From contig JALVPN010000040.1 in NCBI GenBank assembly GCA_027031765.1, positions 153,546-177,491 of the forward strand: a DNA stretch of 23,946 nucleotides, given 5' to 3'. Positions 18,195 to 23,946 of the stretch are shown here, piece by piece. The notes under the pieces were generated by a model. The model was not told the DNA's origin. It searched no databases and worked only from the letters and a program-made list of their open reading frames with translations. Position numbers and translations under genes: made by a program. Source of the DNA: Promethearchaeota archaeon (GTDB taxonomy: Archaea; Asgardarchaeota; Thorarchaeia; Thorarchaeales; Thorarchaeaceae). How positions within the stretch are numbered: the stretch's first letter is position 1; each line of letters opens with the position of its first letter.

Positions 18195-18687
18195 CTCCAG
18201 TCAGTCCTGTCAATATCGTCCTTAGTATACGTACCACATATTTGGCGGCGTCCTCCACTTCCACTGTCAGCCCCTCCCCAAACTCAATGCAACGCGGCTG
18301 GATTCCGAGCAACACCACCTGTGCACCACTCTCCTGCTCCAAGTACTCCATGAGGAATGAAAGTGGCATACTGTGGGTGCTGATTGCAACCCCTCCAATC
18401 CTGTCCTTTGACACCAGTTCGATGTGGCCCGGCTCCTTTCTCATGTCAGCTGCGTCAATGAGGATCACGCACTGTGCACCAAACTCAGCAAGTGGATGTG
18501 CAAAGGCCTCGGGGATTGAGCCTACATTCTCGACCATGATGTGCGGGTGTGTGATGTCCAAATGCGACACAACATACGGGCCAACACCATCATCCGTCCG
18601 CAGGTCGTTCCCAATGCCGAGCACTGCCACACGGCTTGCATGGCCAATGACCTTCCTCAGTTCATCCTCTATGTCTTGTTTCATCAC
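18169..18687 (-). CDS. hycI: Hydrogenase maturation protease (HycI type)
   Basis: VLGIGNDLRTDDGVG, LIDAADM, STHSMPL, LLGIQP, FGEGLT. Start GTG 18687 or ATG 18684. Confidence 0.92.
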   Translation of the reverse strand: MMKQDIEDELRKVIGHASRVAVLGIGNDLRTDDGVGPYVVSHLDITHPHIMVENVGSIPEAFAHPLAEFGAQCVILIDAADMRKEPGHIELVSKDRIGGVAISTHSMPLSFLMEYLEQESGAQVVLLGIQPRCIEFGEGLTVEVEDAAKYVVRILRTILTGLTGGADSVQDD

Positions 18688-18728
18688 ACGTCGCGTGCAC
18701 AGTACGTCCTATAGTTCTTGCTGTCCTG

Positions 18729-18756
18729 CACGACACGACACGACACGACACGACAC
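18729..18756. repeat. Perfect pentanucleotide tandem repeat (CACGA)x5.6
   Basis: CACGACACGACACGACACGACACGACAC, 42 nt upstream of hycI. Confidence 0.95.
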
Positions 18757-18997
18757 TCGATTGGGTCGGCGCCGTTCTGACACTGTTGTAGCCGTTCGAC
18801 CTGACAGGTGCGGACACCTCATCAGGGGCATGTCGAAGACTTTTTCATTGCTCCGGGCGCACTACCATCAAGACTACTGTGATGCAACTGTCGCTACTGG
18901 TACTGGGGCTCTCCCATGTACTTGTATCAGGGCGCTATCAGTGTCTAACCGCAATTCTGGCAGGTTGACAGAGTTGAGCAACGAAAGTGCAGACCAT

Positions 18998-19585
18998 GTG
19001 GACGATACTAGGGGTACTCCTGAGGGCGAGGCTGTAGATGTGCCGCCACCTCGTGTGGTCTATGTGGACGGCAAGGGGCTCGTTTCACCGGAGCATGCCG
19101 ACTCCGTTTCACAACAGGGCTTCTATGGTCTGCGTCTCGACGATGGGCGGCTCCTCTTGGAGCCTGTTGAGTTGCTCCACCTTCTAGAACGGAAACGCAT
19201 TGCAGTTGTCGACCCGGCGGGATGCTTGATGAGTGCCAAAGACATCGTGAATGACCGGCTGCCCCACGACCCGGATCTCTGGACAAGGTACCTTGTCTTT
19301 CGTGATTTGAGGAGTCGTGGTTATGCGGTACGTCAAGGGTTTGGCAAGGGGATTGACTTCCGGGTATACTCACGTGGCGAACGCCCTGGGACTACAACGG
19401 CCAGACAACTCGTGTACGTGCTGAAAGAGGGGATTCCTATCTCCCTCGTCGACCTCGACCGGGCCACCGAGACCGCCAGTGCCGCACGAAAGAAGCTGGT
19501 GTTTGCACTGGTCGACCAGAACGGTGAGGTGAGCTACTATCAGGTCGCCCAGACAGTCTTGCCCAATAGGAGTGGAGCGGTTTAG
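18998..19585 (+). CDS. endA: tRNA splicing endonuclease subunit, probably structural (beta-type, catalytic His absent)
   Basis: LEPVELLHLLE, YLVFRDLRSRGYAVRQG, DFRVY, ARKKLVFALVD...GEVSYY. Start GTG 18998 or TTG 18974. The ORF-track portion 18242-18973 is antisense hycI plus intergenic DNA. Confidence 0.88.
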   Translation: MDDTRGTPEGEAVDVPPPRVVYVDGKGLVSPEHADSVSQQGFYGLRLDDGRLLLEPVELLHLLERKRIAVVDPAGCLMSAKDIVNDRLPHDPDLWTRYLVFRDLRSRGYAVRQGFGKGIDFRVYSRGERPGTTTARQLVYVLKEGIPISLVDLDRATETASAARKKLVFALVDQNGEVSYYQVAQTVLPNRSGAV

Positions 19586-19586
19586 G

Positions 19587-20870
19587 ATGTTGGAACACGA
19601 CTCTTGGGACGATATAGATGACGAGGAAATCTGGAGGCTGCTCTCATACTTTGATGACCACACAATGAGTGTGCACCTAATTGAGAACAACCCTCCCCGG
19701 GCAAAGAGGGGGTCGCCTGGTGACTGGAACCTCGTCGAACTGTCTGAAGAGAAATTGACGCACGACGAGCTGGACATGCTCGCAACAGCAATACTGGAAA
19801 CCGCCCGCTACGACCGCCACTCCTTCATTGAAATTGAAGAGCACGGGGCCGCTGTCGTACAACTGAGGAACCTCCGGATTGCAATTGCCATGCGTCCCTT
19901 CGCGGACAAGACTGAGATTTCAGCAATCCGTCCCATTGTCAAGCTGAGCCTTGAGGACTACAGACTCAGCCCCAAGTTGATGAAACGGCTCGAGGCCCGC
20001 GCGGAGGGCATCCTTGTTTCGGGGGCACCAGGGTCGGGGAAGAGTACATTTGCTGCTGCCCTCGCAGAGTTCTACAGCCGGCGCGGGAACGTTGTCAAGA
20101 CCTTGGAGCAGCCGCGTGACCTCCAGGTGTCGGAAGAAATCGTCCAGTACTCACCGCTTGACGGGAGCATGGAGAAGGCAGCCGATGTCCTGTTGCTCGT
20201 ACGCCCTGACTTTGTGATTTATGACGAGTTGCGGAAGGACGCCGACTTTCAGGCCTATTCCGACCTGCGGTCGGCAGGTGTGGGGATGGTGGGCGTCGTC
20301 CATGCTGGCTCAGCCATTGATGCTATACAACGATTGATTCTCGGCGGCAGAGTGGAGCTCGGTCAGATTCCGAGCACGGTCGACACGGTCATTCAGATTG
20401 AGGCCGGCTCTGTGTCAAAAGTCGCCTCACTGAGCTTGAAGGTCAAGTTGCCCACTGGAATGAGCAGCTCTCAACGAGACCTGGCGCGTCCAGTTGTAGA
20501 GGTGCGTGACTTTGAGCGCGGCATTCTCGAATATGAGATGTTCTCGTTTGGGGGTGAGAGAGTGGTGGTGCCTGTTCGTGGTGCCATTCCGTCTTACCAG
20601 CCAGAAGTACGGCGGGCTCCCCCACGCGGCACACCGGGCGAAACTGTACCCATCTCCGTGAGCTACTCGAGGAAGAAGGTCACTATTCACGCAGGCCGAC
20701 GGTACGCTAAGCAGAGAATCGAGGTCTTTGCTGATAATGAATACCTCTTCACAACTGTGATAGGACGGAATGGCGAGAGCTCAATCCGCATCAAGACTCG
20801 GCAGGGGAGTGCTCTTGTCGATGCGATGGAAGAGGGCGCAGTCATCACAGCCCGAGTAGCACCGTACTAG
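19587..20870 (+). CDS. PINA-family (PilT/VirB11-like) ATPase lacking the N-terminal PIN domain, 427 aa
   Basis: YFDDHTMSVHL, GAPGSGKST, TLEQPRDLQ, RPDFVIYDELR, GMVGVVHA, DLARPVVEVRDF, YEMFSFG. ATG 19587 starts 1 nt after the endA stop. Confidence 0.88.
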   Translation: MLEHDSWDDIDDEEIWRLLSYFDDHTMSVHLIENNPPRAKRGSPGDWNLVELSEEKLTHDELDMLATAILETARYDRHSFIEIEEHGAAVVQLRNLRIAIAMRPFADKTEISAIRPIVKLSLEDYRLSPKLMKRLEARAEGILVSGAPGSGKSTFAAALAEFYSRRGNVVKTLEQPRDLQVSEEIVQYSPLDGSMEKAADVLLLVRPDFVIYDELRKDADFQAYSDLRSAGVGMVGVVHAGSAIDAIQRLILGGRVELGQIPSTVDTVIQIEAGSVSKVASLSLKVKLPTGMSSSQRDLARPVVEVRDFERGILEYEMFSFGGERVVVPVRGAIPSYQPEVRRAPPRGTPGETVPISVSYSRKKVTIHAGRRYAKQRIEVFADNEYLFTTVIGRNGESSIRIKTRQGSALVDAMEEGAVITARVAPY

Positions 20871-20955
20871 TCAGACTGAAGAAAAGAAACTGGGGCGTGC
20901 CAGGCTCCGGCTCAACTGTACCGGCGAATTAGAGCCGTGCTGGTCAGAGTGGAAC

Positions 20956-21082
20956 TGGCGGGCCCGCCCGGACTTTCCAACTGTGAGGGCCTCTCACAGT
21001 GCTTTGAACCGGGGATCGACAGCTATCTCTGGCTCTCCTGCCATAGGAGGCTGTCGCCCTATCCTGGCTAGGCAACGGGCCC
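20956..21082 (-). tRNA. tRNA-Arg(CCT) with two introns: 37/38 (21025..21043, 19 nt) and 59/60 (20973..21002, 30 nt); CCA encoded
   Basis: Acceptor GGGCCCG/CGGGCCC, anticodon stem ACAGC/GCTGT with CT-CCT-A|A loop, T-stem CCCGG/CCGGG. Removing both inserts gives a 78-nt cloverleaf with TTCAAAT. Both inserts form relaxed BHB motifs (3 of 4 central pairs). Confidence 0.92.
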
Positions 21083-21109
21083 TTGTTTGGCTGGCTACGG
21101 CCCACCGAG

Positions 21110-21115
21110 TTTAAA
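21110..21115 (-). promoter_or_regulatory. Putative TATA box of tRNA-Arg
   Basis: TTTAAA 28-33 nt upstream of the tRNA, preceded by purine-rich GAAA (BRE-like). Confidence 0.6.
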
Positions 21116-21267
21116 GATTTCGCCACCACCCAGAATGTGTGGGGCCGTCGGGCCGGGCAGTCCTCCAGTCCACGAAATCGGTAGACCCCCGCACAGTCCA
21201 CCACGGCCCTGCATTGCTGGGATGGTCTCACGTCTGGTGCCTTGTATACTGGACTGTTGTCCAGTCA

Positions 21268-21507
21268 TCACCGCCCACCATGAGCTCCCTTCTCCTCTGC
21301 GAGCCTCTTGCTCCATACCTCAATGAAGTACTCTAGAGACCTGTCATACGTCTTCTCGGCATCAGGGGGGAACAAGCATCCCGGTAGTTCTCTGTGCTGC
21401 CAATGGTAGTGTAGGCAGTCGCAACAGTAACCGTGTCTTGAACATCCTGGATATGTACATCCACATCGTTGCCGGTTCTTGTCCACATTGCAGATTCGTC
21501 CGGTCAT
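21268..21507 (-). CDS. Cys-rich conserved hypothetical protein (DUF6485-like), 79 aa
   Basis: CGCTYPGCSRHGYCCDCLHYH...ELPGCLFPPDAEKTYDRSLEYF, family recognised from memory; start set to ATG 21507. Confidence 0.75.
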   Translation of the reverse strand: MTGRICNVDKNRQRCGCTYPGCSRHGYCCDCLHYHWQHRELPGCLFPPDAEKTYDRSLEYFIEVWSKRLAEEKGAHGGR

Positions 21508-21625
21508 ACTCGGCTCTCCCATGTGTCTTATTACATGCACTATCCCATTATTGATAGACATTCCGGCGCTGTCTATGTTCATCTGTCTGATTACCGGATG
21601 ATACTGGGGTCAGAAGTAGGTTGAG

Positions 21626-21731
21626 TGGTCGGGACGGGGAGATCTGTCCCATTTCGGGGAGCCCCGAAATGTTTGAACTCCCAACCAACGGATCTACAGT
21701 CCGTTGCTCTGCCAGATTGAGCTACGTCCCG
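21626..21731 (-). tRNA. tRNA-Tyr(GTA) with a 29-nt intron at 58/59 (21644..21672); CCA encoded
   Basis: Acceptor CGGGACG/CGTCCCG (C1:G72 and A73, the archaeal Tyr identity elements), anticodon arm ACGGA-CT-GTA-GA-TCCGT, T-stem GGGAG/CTCCC; strict hBHBh' motif. Confidence 0.95.
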
Positions 21732-21756
21732 ATTGTTTTGCCCTCATGTGCATAGC

Positions 21757-21764
21757 AAATAAAA
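21757..21764 (-). promoter_or_regulatory. Putative TATA box of tRNA-Tyr
   Basis: TTTTATTT on the minus strand, 26-33 nt upstream of the tRNA. Confidence 0.55.
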
Positions 21765-22091
21765 GCATTGCTGCGTTTCCAGGGCGGCCTCAGCCCCGCT
21801 GGTGTCCTTGTGGCCTGAGCTACAGACGCACACACTCCATAGCTGATACCCGCTGCGGGTGTCCGGACTGGGCTGGTGTCCATCTCTTTCTCTGTGATTT
21901 TGGACTGCCATCATCGTTTCCCTGCTGACGCAGGGCTGTAGCGTCTTCCGTACCTCTGGCCGAAACACGGGCCTCCGTTCACAATGACTTGTTTTCCAAC
22001 CGGGGCTTCTGACCCTGATTCCTTCGGTCGCATCTGCCTTGATCCAGTCCCCACCCAGTGCTGGCGCATCACTTCACGTCACGTCAAAAGT

Positions 22092-22098
22092 TTTTTAT
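22092..22098 (+). promoter_or_regulatory. Putative BRE/TATA of rps3ae
   Basis: CAAAAG followed by TTTTTTAT, about 100 nt upstream of the start codon. Confidence 0.5.
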
Positions 22099-22201
22099 TC
22101 GCCTCGTAGGATGTGCGCGAAGTTCCAGCCCCACCACGATGGGTGCCATCCGACTTTCGGGGTGGTCACCTGTCCTGCCTTTGATGAGTGTGATGTCAAA
22201 A

Positions 22202-22843
22202 ATGTCTTCAAGAAGCAGACAGGCAGCAGCAAGGACTCGTGACAAGTGGCGAGAAAAGGTCTGGTATACTGTCGTTGCGCCAGACTACTTCGATAACAAA
22301 GAGATTGGTACCACTCCCGCGAGTGACCCTGCTCTCCTGATTGGGCGTACAATCCAGCCTACGCTGTACGACCTGACCGGTGACTTTGACAAAATCCATG
22401 TCAAGATCCGCTTCAAGATTGTCGAGGTCAACGGGCTTCAGGCGAAGACTGTCTTTCATGGGCATGAGTGGAGCTCGGACTACTTGCGTGGCCTCGTACG
22501 ACGTGGGACATCACGCATTGACTGGATTGGTCCAATACTGACAAAAGACGACTACCTGATGCGGATTTCAGTGATTGTCTTTACCACCACACGGTCAAAG
22601 ACAAGTCAGGACAGGGCAGTCCGTAAGGCAATAGAGCGTGTCATACGTGCACATGCCAAGAAACACACATTTGATGAGCTCGTGCAGAAGGTAGTCCTCG
22701 GTGAACTCGCCGCCGAGGTTCACGAAGAGGTCAAGAAGATTGTCCCGGTCCGACAGTGTGAAATCCGAAAGAGCAAGGTATTGAAGGGGCCAGCCGAAGT
22801 CAAGGCTCGTCGTGCACGCCTCAGACGTGGCTCGCGTCAGTGA
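22202..22843 (+). CDS. rps3ae: 30S ribosomal protein S3Ae (eS1)
   Basis: RDKWREKVWYTVVAP, LIGRTI, LYDLTGDF, YLRGLVRRGTSRID, KKIVPVRQCEIRKSKVL. Start ATG 22202 (alternative 22193). Confidence 0.97.
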   Translation: MSSRSRQAAARTRDKWREKVWYTVVAPDYFDNKEIGTTPASDPALLIGRTIQPTLYDLTGDFDKIHVKIRFKIVEVNGLQAKTVFHGHEWSSDYLRGLVRRGTSRIDWIGPILTKDDYLMRISVIVFTTTRSKTSQDRAVRKAIERVIRAHAKKHTFDELVQKVVLGELAAEVHEEVKKIVPVRQCEIRKSKVLKGPAEVKARRARLRRGSRQ

Positions 22844-22849
22844 GTCCCA

Positions 22850-23946
22850 CTAGCTGTCCCTCTGGTGACGACACTCCCCAAGGAGGTTGTCAACTACCCA
22901 CCTTGTTGTTTCCTTCAACCTCTTCAGGGCGTGTTCCGTCCTGGCCCCTATGTACATCCTGACCTTGGGTTCTGTGCCTGACGGACGTACCAGCACGTAT
23001 GAGCCATCATCACAGTCAATACGGATGCCGTCGTTTTCGATGACCTGTGATACTCCAGGAATGTCCGCAAGTAGTTTGTCCCGTACCCGCGTCATGACAC
23101 AGGCCTTCAAGTCGTCTGGGCAAGGCACAAAGTCGCGGAGGATTGGATACTCCGGGATGCGTTTCAGAAGACGCTTGCAACTCCCGTCGCCCTCGGTTTC
23201 GACCAACTGGGCGACACGTATCGCGCCTGCAATCCCGTCCATCCACATCCCAAGCTCCACGAAGACGGGCTTCCAAGGCTCCGATGCAAAGACAATACTC
23301 CTATCTTCACAGTCCCTGCGGAGTTCTTCCTGGAGTGTACCAAGTGGGACTCGCACCACTCGCCCACCGCTCTTCTCAACGACCTCGTCAATGACACTTG
23401 ATGTATCAATGGAGGTAACTACAGTCCCTCTGCCGTGTTTCTCTATCTCATCTTGTGCGAGGAGAGCTATTATCCTGTTCTGGTCTACAAACTGGCCTGC
23501 CTCGTCAATCACTGCAAGTCGGTCGCCATCACCATCATGGCACAGGCCAACTGAGAACTCTCCATCGCCAATGATGCGCATCGTTCCACCTAGGTTCCGC
23601 GGGGACGGCTCTGGGGCCCGGCCCGGAAAGTACCCGTCTTGGTGTGAGTTGATGGTGACCACAGAGAACCCAAGCTCCCGCATCATCTGTGGTGTATATG
23701 AACTGGCCGCACCGTTGGCCGCGTCTATGAGCACGCGCATGCCCTCCGACTGGCTGCCCCGTTCCAGTACGAATCGCAATACACGCTTCACGTATGCATC
23801 TCTCACCGAACTCTGTGAAACAACCCCGACGCCACTCCAGTTAGCAGTCACAACAGACTTGTCCCTGATGCACTTTTCGATGCGTTCCTCCTCGGCCCGC
23901 ACAAACTCCCGTCCGTCAACAAAGAACTTGAACCCGTTGTCTGTTG
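22850..23946 (-). CDS. Alpha-D-phosphohexomutase superfamily enzyme, probably archaeal phosphopentomutase-like; 5'-truncated by the window edge
   Basis: Frame open to 23946 (TDNGFKFF), DAANGAAS, FPGRAPEP, HDGDGDR metal loop, ASEPWK sugar loop, VRPSGTEPKVR. Confidence 0.85.
   Translation of the reverse strand, partial: TDNGFKFFVDGREFVRAEEERIEKCIRDKSVVTANWSGVGVVSQSSVRDAYVKRVLRFVLERGSQSEGMRVLIDAANGAASSYTPQMMRELGFSVVTINSHQDGYFPGRAPEPSPRNLGGTMRIIGDGEFSVGLCHDGDGDRLAVIDEAGQFVDQNRIIALLAQDEIEKHGRGTVVTSIDTSSVIDEVVEKSGGRVVRVPLGTLQEELRRDCEDRSIVFASEPWKPVFVELGMWMDGIAGAIRVAQLVETEGDGSCKRLLKRIPEYPILRDFVPCPDDLKACVMTRVRDKLLADIPGVSQVIENDGIRIDCDDGSYVLVRPSGTEPKVRMYIGARTEHALKRLKETTRWVVDNLLGECRHQRDS

Noticed and set aside
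17091-18353. Plus-strand ORFs of 166, 249 and 157 aa
   Set aside because: Shadows of mtnA/hycI without recognisable domains.
18242-18973. Apparent N-terminal fusion on EndA (447-aa ORF)
   Set aside because: The extension is antisense hycI plus intergenic DNA, and includes the translated microsatellite (RHDTTRHDT).
20956-21731. Integrated element at tRNA-Arg or tRNA-Tyr
   Set aside because: No duplicated tRNA 3' end (att site), integrase or transposase.
21770-22060. GC-rich hairpins (GATACCCGC/GCGGGTGTC, CCCTGC/GCAGGG) as SRP RNA, RNase P RNA or another sRNA
   Set aside because: No RNase P GAGGAAAGUCC, no SRP helix-8 motif and no ordered C/D boxes on either strand; an Rfam scan would settle it.
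1-23946. CRISPR array, IS element or inteins (in mcm, rfcS, cdc6, hel308)
   Set aside because: No spaced direct repeats or transposase motifs, and protein lengths and motifs are contiguous.

Overview
Core-genome archaeal region with no mobile element or CRISPR. The gene set (Rpo8, Gins23, RFC, MCM, Hel308, Cdc6, eS1) fits TACK/Asgard; a Thorarchaeia-like Asgard origin is my inference and is unverified. Protein genes: isopentenyl phosphate kinase, an Flp-like class III pilin, Rpo8, a large secreted beta-rich glycoprotein whose ORF runs 436 nt antisense into a 2-oxoacid oxidoreductase alpha gene, a replication/repair cluster (cdc6, wHTH, truA, rfcL, rfcS, gins23, HDAC, hel308, mcm), mtnA, a hydrogenase maturation protease, a His-less tRNA splicing endonuclease subunit, a PIN-less PINA-type ATPase, a Cys-rich DUF6485-like protein, rps3ae and a partial phosphopentomutase-like mutase. 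The most interesting signal is non-coding. Three of four tRNA genes carry bulge-helix-bulge (BHB) introns at three different non-canonical T-arm positions: Gly 53/54, Tyr 58/59, and Arg 59/60 plus a second intron at 37/38. A box C/D guide RNA with its own TATA box lies upstream of cdc6, and its D guide predicts 2'-O-methylation of wobble C34 of tRNA-Leu(CAA). All calls were made by eye; no database search was run.
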